The position numbers and the translations under genes were made by a program. From the NCBI GenBank assembly GCA_902469905.1, contig CABREJ010000004.1:108554-172553 (forward strand): DNA of 64,000 nucleotides. The letters run 5' to 3'. Position 1 is the first letter of the stretch. Each line of letters opens with the position of its first letter. Under the pieces are notes generated by a model. It made no database searches. It was not told where the DNA came from and saw only the letters and a program-made list of their open reading frames with translations. Below, one piece after another: positions 39,784 to 50,051 of this stretch. The DNA comes from an uncultured Eubacteriales bacterium (GTDB lineage: Bacteria > Bacillota > Clostridia > Lachnospirales > CAG-274).

Positions 39784-40593
39784 CTATTCAACTATTCTTG
39801 TAATTACATCTATTCCCTTTTCTTTTGCATAACTCACAACTTCACTAAATACCTTTGATTGTTCCTTGCTCATTTCAACTGGAGGAATTGCTATCTCTAA
39901 AAATTTTTTTCCACCTTTATCTAAAGCGTATTGTTCCCCTAAGTATGTCTTTCTATAAAACTTAGATAAATCATCAACATATTGTATTAAAGTTCTCTTC
40001 AAAGTATTTGCATTTTTATAACTTTTAGCTGTAACATCTATACTTTTAATACTAGTAACTGATGATAACCAATGAACGCCATCCTTTTTAAATGCCTCTA
40101 CAAATTTATCTATAGTCTGGAAATTATTACACATACCTCCCAAAGCTTTTTCAATTTCCCAACCTCTATCAAATACTTTCATTGCCCATACTCCAGTTTT
40201 AACATAATCATCAGCTTTTGAAAGTATTTTTGTTCCGCTTTTTATTGTTTTTGCTACATATGATCCTGGTGCATAAGGTACAAGTAAAGCAGCAGCATCC
40301 CATGCTAAAAAGCCAAAATTAGCTAAACTAGGATCATTTACAAAGTCAACAAAACTCCATCCTAAACTAAATAAATCAATAACAGTTTCAACTGGTACTT
40401 CACCTGAAGTGTCTAAATACTTAGTAGGATTATTATAACAATAAGTATACCAATTAACCCCATCTCTAATCGGATCCTCAGTAATAAACCTACCGCTTTC
40501 ACTGTCATAATACCTATTCCTTAGATATATAAGTCCGCTCTCACTATCAAGATATTCACCACAATAGCCAAAAGGAACATCATTTACATTAGA
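39784..40593 (-). pseudogene. Orphan RHS C-terminal toxin module (no start; begins exactly at IS inverted repeat 40595-40623)
   Basis: Own translation of 40593->40183 gives SNVNDVPFGYCGEYLDSESGLIYLRNRYYDSESGRFITEDPIRDGVNWYTYC..., near-identical to RHS 41637..43679 residues around PxxxxDPxGL, continuing in frame into ORF 39784..40182 with a different toxin tip. Confidence 0.65.
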
Positions 40594-40594
40594 C

Positions 40595-40623
40595 GCAAGA
40601 CAGGGGACGGTTCTCTGTCTTGC
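40595..40623. repeat. Solo IS inverted repeat (gcaagacaggggacggttctctgtcttgc), inverted relative to 40784-40811
   Basis: Exact reverse complement of caagacagagaaccgtcccctgtcttgc. Confidence 0.6.
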
Positions 40624-40783
40624 TAAATATTATTTATCTAATTCTTTAATTTTAGTATACAATAATAAAGTATATAAATCAACAATAAGTTTATGTTGAA
40701 TTATATCTATTTTATATTATTTTATAATAACAAATTTTTTAATAAAAAGACACTTTAACAAAAAACAATACCATTTAAGCAAA

Positions 40784-41110
40784 CAAGACAGAGAACCGTC
40801 CCCTGTCTTGCTTCCTAAAAAGCGTGCCCCTATTGAGGGCAAAAATGCAGAAATGAAAAGATTTCATGGTCTAGCTCGTGCCAGAGGGTACGGGCTTAGA
40901 AGTGTTGCACTTCAAACTAAATTTACTGCAATCGCAGTAAATTTAAAGAGGATAACAAAGCTGTTATCCTCTCAAAAAGCAAATATTTTAGCAAAGCTGC
41001 AAGTAACTATTTTTAATTTTTCAATTTCCTTGTTTTTGAAATTTCAAATACGTTAAAAACAGCTTAAAATGGGGACTTTTTCAGTGGTCTCGAACCATCC
41101 CATTGTCTAC
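40784..41110 (+). mobile_element. Internally deleted IS remnant (IS5/IS1182-like): left IR, C-terminal transposase fragment (40808..41056), degenerate right end
   Basis: ORF KRFHGLARARGYGLRSVALQTKFTAIAVNLKRITKLL resembles DDE transposase C-terminus; IR at 40784-40811; right-end segment shared with 39170-39222. Confidence 0.55.
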
Positions 41111-41133
41111 AATTAATCCCAATTTCACTATTT

Positions 41134-41640
41134 CTAGTTTTCAACAATAGAAAGTGATTCTGGATTATATTTTAAATCAAAAATTATTCGTTCATTCTTA
41201 TTAGTTAGGTATATAAATATTTTATTATTATAATAATTTTTATCAAAATAAGCTCTACTTGTACCTTTATCCATAGGCAAGTATGGAAATCTTTGTTCTT
41301 TTACATGAATTAATTTATTTATTTTTCTACCCTGAGATATAACAACATTGTATCTATTAAAGTCAATTTCAGAAAAATCAATTTCATCCAACGAAAAAGT
41401 AGGACTATTTAATGGATTTGGTTTTTCATCAGCATAGTGCAAAACATCCCACCAAACATATGGTATTTTATCATTAGAAAAATTGATATTATATTCAATA
41501 GATTTATATTCAAGAAGTTTTACTTGATATTCTTTATATTTAAGAAAATGATCTATTATTATAAAAGCCACTATAATTATAATTATTACTATACATAAGA
41601 TAATAGAACATATAAACCTATTTGGCTTTACTGTAATCAT
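41134..41640 (-). CDS. Putative membrane-anchored immunity protein of RHS toxin
   Basis: Starts 4 bp inside RHS stop; N-terminal TM helix; position typical for RhsI. Confidence 0.45.
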   Translation of the reverse strand: MITVKPNRFICSIILCIVIIIIIVAFIIIDHFLKYKEYQVKLLEYKSIEYNINFSNDKIPYVWWDVLHYADEKPNPLNSPTFSLDEIDFSEIDFNRYNVVISQGRKINKLIHVKEQRFPYLPMDKGTSRAYFDKNYYNNKIFIYLTNKNERIIFDLKYNPESLSIVEN

Positions 41641-43679
41641 GCTACTCCCTCCGTTTTTTCATAATATATAGGTTTTCCATTCAGGTCATACGCATTTAAA
41701 AGTCTATAATTATTAATATTTTTTAAATCATTTACATTTAACGTTTGACCATCTATATTTGAATATACAGTAATAGTATCCATACTCTTTGTATATTTAA
41801 TAAAACCCAGCTCACTTCTTTTTCCATTTCTTAACCATGAAGCAAAATAATCTGTACCAGAATTTAAAATTGGCTTGCCTGTTAATACTGACCATCTCAT
41901 ACTACCATCCCAGCCATACACATTTTTAACATTTTGGTATTTAGCAAACTCAAAAGCTAAATTTTCAGTACTATAATCTTGGTGTGCAGAATTACAAGAA
42001 TTTAATATAATTGTATTGATATTTTTTTCTTTTAAATCTTTGACATGTACACAATCTCCCTGATAATTACGACTTTCAGTAACTAATGGTTCACCATTCA
42101 TAATAATTGCTTGTGGATTAGCATGAAAAAATAATTCTACTAATTCTATTTCTGAACCTTTATTGTCCATATTATCCCATTCTTCTTTAAACTGTTTAGC
42201 ATTTGAAATCATTTTTATATATACAGTTTTTCCCTCAAGTTCAAGTTCTTTTTTCCTTTTATAAGCTCTATCCCCCAAAGAAGCATTGTTTTTATCTGCT
42301 TCATTATAAAAAATATATACATCCTCTAGTCCCAATAAATCCCAAAACATCACAGGATTACCACCACAATAACTATACCAATTAACCCCATCTCTAATCG
42401 GGTCCTCAGTAATAAACATGCCGCTTTCACTGTCATAGTACCTATTCCTAAGATAAATCAATCCACTTTCACTATCAAGATATTCACCACAATAGCCAAA
42501 AGGAACATCATTTACATTAGAGCTTTCAACCTTATTGCCATAAGCATCATACCTAGTAATATTTTCAGCTACAGTTCCCCTGTTTTGTTGAACAAGGTTA
42601 CCATGACCATCATACATATATGCTCGTCTGTCATCATCTGTTAACAACTGATGTCCTCTTGTATAGCCTCTTAATATTGTATTAGACGAATTTGCCTCTG
42701 CAACTATATTGTCAACGTCCCATATCTGCTGAGTGAGTACTCCGTCCACAGTCTTTGACATTCTGTAATGATTTGGTAAATAAGCATAAGTCGCAGTTGT
42801 ACCATTACTTTTTTTATATTCTGTCAGCTCATTAAGTCTGTCATAAGTAAATATTTCATAACTCGTGCTATCGTCTGTATTAGCATCATTAATACTTATA
42901 GTGAACTTATTGTCAATATTCTGATTATACTTAGCCTTACTTATCTGATTACCGTTATTATCATAGCTATATTCGGTTATTGTATAATTAACTAAATCCG
43001 ATATTTCATTGGATTTATCTATACTGTAATTCTCTCTTTTTTCTTTAAGTAATCTGTTATTTTTATCATAAGTATATTTAACATAATAATCATCATAGCC
43101 ATCTTCGCTGCTATATACATCAGTTCTGTTTCCAAATATATTGTAATAATAACTGGTATAATACTCTATGCCACTTTCATTTCTGCGTTCACCTGTCAAT
43201 TGGTTAGATGAATTATACTCATATCTTACAATCCTGCCATTTGTATCAGTAGCCTTGTTAATATTACCATCATAGTTATAAACATAACTGTACTTTGTAT
43301 CTAAACTGCCACTGCCGTCATTATTTATCACAGTAAGCATATTGGCATTATTGTATGTATATGTTCTTGTACAGTTATTATCCTCTACCTTAGTAATATT
43401 ACTGTTATTGTCATAGGTGTAATTAGCAGTAAATTTAGTTGTACTATCTCCTTCGGAGCTGACGGAAAGTAGTCTGCTAAGTCCGTCATAGGTATACTTT
43501 TGAATTTTATATGTAGTATTACCCTTTTTATATACATTTTGGGTATTTCTGCCCCATGTATCGTATATTCTCGCTATACTGAAATTTCCTGTTGTTTCAG
43601 TTGCTACAAGACCTAAATTGTTGTATGTATAGCTTTGACTTACATTGCTGTTTACTGATGTCTTTACTCCTCCTGTCAT
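41637..43679 (-). CDS. RHS/YD-repeat protein, 5'-truncated (680 aa), with C-terminal polymorphic toxin domain
   Basis: YD repeats (YTYDNNSNITKV, YTYNNANMLTV, YEYNSSNQLTGE...), core-end motif FITEDPIRDGVNWYSYCGGNPVMFWDLLGL, then ~225-aa variable tip. Confidence 0.8.
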   Translation of the reverse strand: MTGGVKTSVNSNVSQSYTYNNLGLVATETTGNFSIARIYDTWGRNTQNVYKKGNTTYKIQKYTYDGLSRLLSVSSEGDSTTKFTANYTYDNNSNITKVEDNNCTRTYTYNNANMLTVINNDGSGSLDTKYSYVYNYDGNINKATDTNGRIVRYEYNSSNQLTGERRNESGIEYYTSYYYNIFGNRTDVYSSEDGYDDYYVKYTYDKNNRLLKEKRENYSIDKSNEISDLVNYTITEYSYDNNGNQISKAKYNQNIDNKFTISINDANTDDSTSYEIFTYDRLNELTEYKKSNGTTATYAYLPNHYRMSKTVDGVLTQQIWDVDNIVAEANSSNTILRGYTRGHQLLTDDDRRAYMYDGHGNLVQQNRGTVAENITRYDAYGNKVESSNVNDVPFGYCGEYLDSESGLIYLRNRYYDSESGMFITEDPIRDGVNWYSYCGGNPVMFWDLLGLEDVYIFYNEADKNNASLGDRAYKRKKELELEGKTVYIKMISNAKQFKEEWDNMDNKGSEIELVELFFHANPQAIIMNGEPLVTESRNYQGDCVHVKDLKEKNINTIILNSCNSAHQDYSTENLAFEFAKYQNVKNVYGWDGSMRWSVLTGKPILNSGTDYFASWLRNGKRSELGFIKYTKSMDTITVYSNIDGQTLNVNDLKNINNYRLLNAYDLNGKPIYYEKTEGVA

Positions 43680-43709
43680 GTTATAGATTTCAAACCGTTC
43701 CTTGTATTA

Positions 43710-44321
43710 TTAAAGACCAAAAGAAATATGTATTTCTGTAATTATATTTTCATCGTTAAATTTAAAGTATATATAATAACTACCTATAACATATCCAAAT
43801 TCATTTTCTTCCTGCGGTATATCCTTTATCGATAATTCATCCTGATAGTATTTCATAGCATATTCCTTAGTTGAACCAATTTTCGGCTTGCCTCCTGAAA
43901 ACTTATATTCTGAATCTGTAAAAATAAGAGAATATAACCTAGTATCACCCTCACTTCCATTATGAGTTCTATATTCATCTTTGAGAACTAAAACGCTAAA
44001 ACTACCATAATCTAATATATAAAGTTGTTCACTATAATCCTTTATACTTATTGGTCTACCATATACCTTTTTAATACTTGACAATTTAAGGTCAGATGAT
44101 ATTTTTAAATCATTCAAATAAGAGTTCCCCTCATTATACTTATTTCTATCAAAATATAATTTTCCAATATACACTAGTAAAAATAAAAAACCTAATATAA
44201 ATAAAACCACAAATTTACACCCGCTCTTCCTTTTATTCATCCAAAAGACCCCCTCTATAAATAACTTTACCTTTAGGTTTTGTCTTACGTGCAACTGATT
44301 TTGAAGACTTTGTGGCTTCAT
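43710..44321 (-). CDS. Hypothetical membrane-anchored protein (start probably internal MNKRKSG)
   Basis: N-terminal TM FVVLFILGFLFLLVYIG; no known domain. Confidence 0.4.
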   Translation of the reverse strand: MKPQSLQNQLHVRQNLKVKLFIEGVFWMNKRKSGCKFVVLFILGFLFLLVYIGKLYFDRNKYNEGNSYLNDLKISSDLKLSSIKKVYGRPISIKDYSEQLYILDYGSFSVLVLKDEYRTHNGSEGDTRLYSLIFTDSEYKFSGGKPKIGSTKEYAMKYYQDELSIKDIPQEENEFGYVIGSYYIYFKFNDENIITEIHISFGL

Positions 44322-44532
44322 TTATTTCATAATATTTTGTTTGTTCCTTATCTGTTGATAGTCTGGATTCATATTGTGACAATTTTTGTTCCGAATTACC
44401 TGTAATTTTACTTTTAGCTTTATTTATAGCAATTTCTGTTTCTGAACCGAATGAAACATTTCCGTCATAAGCATATACAGTTCCTTTAGCTATCTTAGAA
44501 AAGTTACTTGCTGGAGCTGCGATTTTGCAAAA
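44241..44532 (-). pseudogene. Start-less ORF remnant (…KIAAPASNFSKIAKGTVYAYDGNVSFGSETEIAINKAK…GGLLDE*)
   Basis: Own translation; upstream in-frame stop with no Met; stop overlaps next gene start. Confidence 0.3.
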
Positions 44533-44590
44533 TCACACCATTTGACAAAGAAAAAAATATCGGATATGATTTTTGTAATCACAACAAATA

Positions 44591-45145
44591 TTATATAACT
44601 GTAGTGGTATGACACACTGCTCTAAATATCAACATCTGGTCCAAATCAGCATCTTCAATAGAACAAGGGGCACCACCACGCAAAGCTGTTTCCAGATGAT
44701 AAAATAGCATACATTGTTTTATGTGTCCAAGTAGTAGCTGTGACCTTCGTTTATAACCATACTGTTTGAGAAGTGTTCTAAGTTTGATTCTCACATAATT
44801 GTTTCCATTTCCATATAAAATCCGAATCCTTATACTTTTGAAAAACAAATCTAAATTAGAAAAGTCACTAGTTAATTGTTCAGTAGACAAAGTCCTATTT
44901 GAATATGCCAAATCCTTTTGTATTGCAGGAAACTCTTTATCAATAACGGTTTTATTATAGAAGTACTGCATCCAATAATATGTATCTAAAATAAATTTCC
45001 GTTGATTTTTCCTATATGGAATATCTAAAAATGATTTCTCGCCTTCCCATATCAAGTCAAGTATTCTTATTTCATCTCGACATCCGAGTTGCATACGGCT
45101 GACAATGACAGCAATATCCAGTGCAGTATAATATAACCCTTGCAT
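44591..45145 (-). CDS. Hypothetical protein co-operonic with helicase-HNH (ATGA overlap)
   Basis: 184 aa, no recognisable domain. Confidence 0.4.
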   Translation of the reverse strand: MQGLYYTALDIAVIVSRMQLGCRDEIRILDLIWEGEKSFLDIPYRKNQRKFILDTYYWMQYFYNKTVIDKEFPAIQKDLAYSNRTLSTEQLTSDFSNLDLFFKSIRIRILYGNGNNYVRIKLRTLLKQYGYKRRSQLLLGHIKQCMLFYHLETALRGGAPCSIEDADLDQMLIFRAVCHTTTVI

Positions 45146-47457
45146 TATTTATCACCCTTCGTTCCGTTACACTTGCGACAAAGAATCTGTAAATTTTCTG
45201 CAACACTTTTGCCTCCATTGTTCATTGGAATTATATGGTCAACTTGAAAATAGATACGCGACTTGTCTGCAACGCCACAGCACGCACAATGGTAATTTCC
45301 ATTTATATCTTTTGCTTTTTCAAAAGCTTGATTTCTTAAGCTCTTTTCCAGTGTAGGATTGATTTTTCCAATTTCATACAGTGACAAATCTTCCAATGCT
45401 CTAGTTCCATACTTTATATTGTTTTCTTCATTATAAATATCTGGATGAGATAATTTCATCAATTCAATACTCAACTGACGGAGGAAGTAAAGTTTTCTAC
45501 CAAAGAACAAACGAAGCATATTGTCATCACTGGATTCCCAAAGAGAATCAATATATTCTGTTCTTTTGCGTTCACCCATATCTTCATCCCAAATATGTTG
45601 AGCAATTTTGCTTACATCGAGCTTACTTCTATCGACTTCATCAAATGTATAAAATTTAGGAACAGCTTCATATTGAGCATAATATTTCAAAATATTCAAA
45701 ATATCCTTTCGTTCGTAAGGTGGAATCATTTCTCCACAGAAGAACGAATTTCTGCACTGTGCTTCCATTTCATCAATCTGTGTTTCCGTTAAATATTCTT
45801 CAGTTGCACCAAAAGACTTAAATAGTGAAGGAAGTGCATCCATTAAATTTTTATAGGCATCTTGGGTACTATCATAAACCATTACCTGATAAGAATGATC
45901 CATTCCATTTTCTTCAAGATATGTAAAAGCATACATTCCAACAGGGATTCTTTTTTCAAAAGGAACTTTTTCCAACGCAGTAGTATCAACTGCATCATCT
46001 AAAATAGCAGCAAATTCCTCTATTTTAGAAATGGCAATCATTCGCAAATCTCGTTTTGCTCGTTCAAAGTCATTATCCTGGAAGTCATTATTTCCATCAA
46101 ATAAGCTTTCTGGATTAACCCACGCAATGTGTTCGTTCCAGTAATCAACAAACGAAACAATGTATGCAATTGAAGTACCACCAGCTGCTGTACCACGCAA
46201 TGCACGACCAACCATCTGGGTCATCAAAATTGAAGACACAGTAGGTCTTGCTAAAAACACGGTTTTAGTTTTTGGCAAATCGACACCTTCGGTCAAAATA
46301 TTGACATTGATTAAAACCTGCAATTTTCCATTTCGGTAATTATCAAGCTTTATTTCGTTATCTTCTCGGCTGATAGTCACACCAGTAATAGCATCTTTGA
46401 CTGAAGATACAATAAAGTCCGCTTTGATACCAGCTTTTTTGAAAAGAGATGTTAATTGAATTGCATGAACCACATTAACAGCAAACAGGATTGTTTGACC
46501 ATATTCATCCTGCTTTGCCTTATATGTTTCAACAATCAGTTTGTTACGGGCAGCACTATCTGCCATCTGCTGTGCAACTTCATCGGGCAAAACATCCAAA
46601 TGCTGAATACTTTCCCAAGCATCAAAGCCAAGCGAATCACCATATTCTTCATCTGTATAAAAACTTTCAAATATCGGCTTTGCAAGAATCTGTCTGTTAA
46701 TCAGCTCTTTAAGTCCAATTTGGTATGTAATTCCTACATCACTATGAACAACTTGTCCATTACTGATTCCATCGGTATAAATTTTTGCCAAAAGCCCCTG
46801 TTCTTCTTCAGCAGTACGAAACGGAGTTGCAGTCAACCCAATTAGCTTTAAGTTAGGAATCTTTGCCTTTACATAATCAATAACTTTTCTGTAGGTTTTT
46901 GCAGTTGAATGGTGTGCTTCATCCACAATTAGATACAGCTCTTTTTCACCTTTGAGCCAACAATCCAGTCGCTCAATATTTCTTCCAATACTATCTTTAC
47001 TGACAATCAACAAATTGTCGCTTGAGCGAATATCACTGGTTCTGTCATGACTGGATGCACCAGATACAATTCTGAAACAGAAAGAAGAAATGTGAGGAAC
47101 AACTTCTGTATAAGCAAACTTTTGGAATGATTCAGCAGCCTGATTTAACAGCATCTGACGGTGGGCAATCCAAAGAATTTTCTTTTTCTTATCAATCGCA
47201 TTTTTTAAAAGCCACATAGAAGCAGTATATGTCTTACCACCACCAGTTGGAAGAACCACCAATGTATTGTAAGATGGTTCCTGATTCATCTTATCTAATG
47301 CTTCCATAGCTTTTTTCTGATGTTCGTAAGGCGTTCTAGTATTTGTGCCTTTTTTGGGAAAAATATCACCAAATGATTTAACTTCAATATAATTTGTAAA
47401 GTTTTGTTTGTCTATTTCTTTCATTATTTTTTCCTGTTCCTCTCTATATTGAACCAT
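45145..47457 (-). CDS. SF2 helicase (DEAH, type III res-like) fused to C-terminal HNH endonuclease
   Basis: Motif I LPTGGGKT, II VDEAHH, III LTATP, VI QMVGRALRG; C-term CACCGVADKSRIYFQVDHIIPMNNGGKSVAENLQILCRKCN. Confidence 0.75.
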   Translation of the reverse strand: MVQYREEQEKIMKEIDKQNFTNYIEVKSFGDIFPKKGTNTRTPYEHQKKAMEALDKMNQEPSYNTLVVLPTGGGKTYTASMWLLKNAIDKKKKILWIAHRQMLLNQAAESFQKFAYTEVVPHISSFCFRIVSGASSHDRTSDIRSSDNLLIVSKDSIGRNIERLDCWLKGEKELYLIVDEAHHSTAKTYRKVIDYVKAKIPNLKLIGLTATPFRTAEEEQGLLAKIYTDGISNGQVVHSDVGITYQIGLKELINRQILAKPIFESFYTDEEYGDSLGFDAWESIQHLDVLPDEVAQQMADSAARNKLIVETYKAKQDEYGQTILFAVNVVHAIQLTSLFKKAGIKADFIVSSVKDAITGVTISREDNEIKLDNYRNGKLQVLINVNILTEGVDLPKTKTVFLARPTVSSILMTQMVGRALRGTAAGGTSIAYIVSFVDYWNEHIAWVNPESLFDGNNDFQDNDFERAKRDLRMIAISKIEEFAAILDDAVDTTALEKVPFEKRIPVGMYAFTYLEENGMDHSYQVMVYDSTQDAYKNLMDALPSLFKSFGATEEYLTETQIDEMEAQCRNSFFCGEMIPPYERKDILNILKYYAQYEAVPKFYTFDEVDRSKLDVSKIAQHIWDEDMGERKRTEYIDSLWESSDDNMLRLFFGRKLYFLRQLSIELMKLSHPDIYNEENNIKYGTRALEDLSLYEIGKINPTLEKSLRNQAFEKAKDINGNYHCACCGVADKSRIYFQVDHIIPMNNGGKSVAENLQILCRKCNGTKGDK

Positions 47458-47644
47458 TTTCTTGTAATGACTTCAAATAAAACATATATATTACCTTTAT
47501 CTATTTTGGTAATAACATATATCACTCTTCCCTTTGAAAATATCAAGTAATAAATAATACAAATATCGGCTAGATTATCATCCAATAATTTTGTTAATTA
47601 TGATTTTTAGAACTATAGATTTAGAAACATATTCCATCTTATGC

Positions 47645-48511
47645 TTAATTTACCTCAATTTCCTTCAAACTTCTACCATCTTTTGTTTTCCATTTTTGAG
47701 GTCCACTAACATTATAGCCAAGTACAAACTTTGCCGCAGCTGACGAACTGGAAAACAAAATATCGTCCTTAGTTATATAGTTATCAACCTTATCTGATTC
47801 CAGAAGTTTTTGTTTCAACATCTTCATACCTTCACTTAAAGAATCAGCAGAATCTCTTTTATCAATATTAGCTCCGGCAAACACTACAAACCCTTCTGCT
47901 GTAACTTTACCTTTAGCATTAACAGAACCCGATGAAATATATAAAATCTCATCATCAACAGTTGTATTTACAATATCCTTTTGAACCAAAGGTTCTAAAA
48001 CCTTATAACCAAGTGAATTAATAAGAATCTTTACATTATCAATAAATTCTTCCATTACAGCTATTTGTGATTTCTTCATAACTGTATTGCTATATGTGTT
48101 CTTTGTAAGCACAAGATACCTTTTATTCTCTCTTGCAATTTCAACAAAACGATTTTCCAAATATCTAATAAGTGCCTTGCTCAAATCTCTGCCAATAAAG
48201 ATAACAGCTGTATTCCAATAATACTTTTCTTTTTCAGACTGATAATCTCTCAAGTGCTGAACAAGTCTATCTTTAACATTTTCTGCTTCTCCAATGTAAA
48301 CAGAGTCAGAGCCGTCATCTTCCTTACAAAAAAGGAAGTATACTCCTGCCTGAGTAATATCGTCACTGTTACAAGAAGAAACCTCAATACGAGGAATTTT
48401 TATTGCCTTACCATTCCAATTTGATAACTCTGCAATAATCAGACTGTCTGCTGTTCCATTTACAAGAAACAATTCTATCACTTTTCCATAAGCCATTTTA
48501 AATTTCTCCAT
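47645..48511 (-). CDS. GIY-YIG nuclease family protein with DUF4357-like C-terminal domain
   Basis: GVYFLF...VYIGEAENVKDRLVQH GIY-YIG core. Confidence 0.65.
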   Translation of the reverse strand: MEKFKMAYGKVIELFLVNGTADSLIIAELSNWNGKAIKIPRIEVSSCNSDDITQAGVYFLFCKEDDGSDSVYIGEAENVKDRLVQHLRDYQSEKEKYYWNTAVIFIGRDLSKALIRYLENRFVEIARENKRYLVLTKNTYSNTVMKKSQIAVMEEFIDNVKILINSLGYKVLEPLVQKDIVNTTVDDEILYISSGSVNAKGKVTAEGFVVFAGANIDKRDSADSLSEGMKMLKQKLLESDKVDNYITKDDILFSSSSAAAKFVLGYNVSGPQKWKTKDGRSLKEIEVN

Positions 48512-48845
48512 TCGATATTTTTATCTCACCTTTGACATCAACACCACCGTCTCAACGTGGCACGATACGTCCTGATTGATGTCGCCATATCGGAACATTT
48601 CTCCCGATTTTGAGCTATAATCCAATAGTTCTCGGAAACATATCTATCGGCACATTTTGCCATTATCCAATACGCAACCTAAACCCTGTTCGTTGTAGGA
48701 AACATATCGAGTTTTTCTTGTTGCTACTATATATAAGCAGCATATCTTCCACCACTGCCTCAAGCCAGAACTAGCCTTTTAGGAAATTGGTCATCGTAGA
48801 ACTATTCCCGCATAAAAGGCATTGTCTCGCCCCGAAATCAACGCT

Positions 48846-49922
48846 TTATTTCTTTGCATTTTCTTCTAATTCCAACATATATTTATCAAAGTCAGACATA
48901 AATAATCTGTCCTGAACAACTCGATATTTTTCAAATTCAGTTTCAGCTTTTGCCTTGGCAATCTCTGCTGTGATTTTGCCTGCATCCTGAAGAACCTCCC
49001 TGTCATCAGCCATCAGGAATAAATCAAGGCGCTTTGACCAATCTTCCATTGTCATTGGAATATGGCGTTCTGCACGGTCTTCGGCCAAATCCAAATAAGC
49101 GGATACAATACGCTCTAATGAACGCATTTCTTGCTCACTAAGATAATTCTTCGCAACACCCACATCACTTTTTACAATCTTACCTTCCGGTGCTGCTGCC
49201 CATGTAGTTAATCCCATGTGTGGCTTATCTGCATCTGCTCGCTCATAAATCAACTCTGCAGCTGTACGCCCATGTATTGCATAATGCATCTTGTTTTGAA
49301 CCTTTGCAAAAAACTGCTTAGTTGTTTTTGCAGTACGGTCATAATCAAGAGCTGTCGCATAGATGTCTGTTATCTTCTGGTAAAACCTACGCTCAGACAA
49401 ACGGATTTCTCTAATCTGCTCAAGCAAACGTTCGAAATATTCTGTTGTAAGTATTGAACCACCATTCTTCAAACGCTCATCATCAATGACCCAGCCTTTG
49501 ATGGTGTAGTCCTTGACAATGCCGTTAGACCACTTGCGAAACTGCACAGCTCTCTCATTATTCACCTTGAATCCAACAGCAATAATCATTTGAAGATTAT
49601 AATGCTTGGTGTCACGAGTAACCTGACGGGAACCTTCCGTTTGAACTATCCGGAAATTCCGGATAGTTGAATCTTCCTCAAGTTCTGAATCTGAATAAAT
49701 TTTTTTAATATGGTCGTTGATTGTACGAACATCCACATCATATAATGTAGCCATCATCTTCTGTGTCAGCCATATATTCTCATCCTCATAGCGCATTTCA
49801 AAACTGTCCTGCTGGTCGCCGACAGTGGCAACATAGGTCAAATATTCTGCTGCGCTGGAACGGATGGTTACTTCATCTTTTTTCTTTTTCAAATAGGAGG
49901 CCTCCTTCTGGTTATTTCTCAT
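48846..49922 (-). CDS. RhuM-family protein (virulence protein RhuM / putative DNA-binding)
   Basis: ENIWLTQKMMATLYDV...HYNLQMIIAVGFKVNNERAVQFRKWSNGIVKDYTIKGW matches RhuM consensus from memory. Confidence 0.6.
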   Translation of the reverse strand: MRNNQKEASYLKKKKDEVTIRSSAAEYLTYVATVGDQQDSFEMRYEDENIWLTQKMMATLYDVDVRTINDHIKKIYSDSELEEDSTIRNFRIVQTEGSRQVTRDTKHYNLQMIIAVGFKVNNERAVQFRKWSNGIVKDYTIKGWVIDDERLKNGGSILTTEYFERLLEQIREIRLSERRFYQKITDIYATALDYDRTAKTTKQFFAKVQNKMHYAIHGRTAAELIYERADADKPHMGLTTWAAAPEGKIVKSDVGVAKNYLSEQEMRSLERIVSAYLDLAEDRAERHIPMTMEDWSKRLDLFLMADDREVLQDAGKITAEIAKAKAETEFEKYRVVQDRLFMSDFDKYMLELEENAKK

Positions 49923-50051
49923 CCATATTAAAACGTCTTTACCATAACAGTTATATCGATTGAATCATAATCTTTGATACATTAAAATTATCAAAAAAGA
50001 ATTTTCATTAGGCTTTTCTCAGAATAAAATTTCATTTTAATGTCTTATCAT

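Noticed and set aside
40808-41056. 82-aa plus-strand ORF as an intact gene
   Set aside because: It is only the C-terminal tail of a DDE transposase, bounded by an IS inverted repeat on one side. It was called as part of an IS remnant instead.
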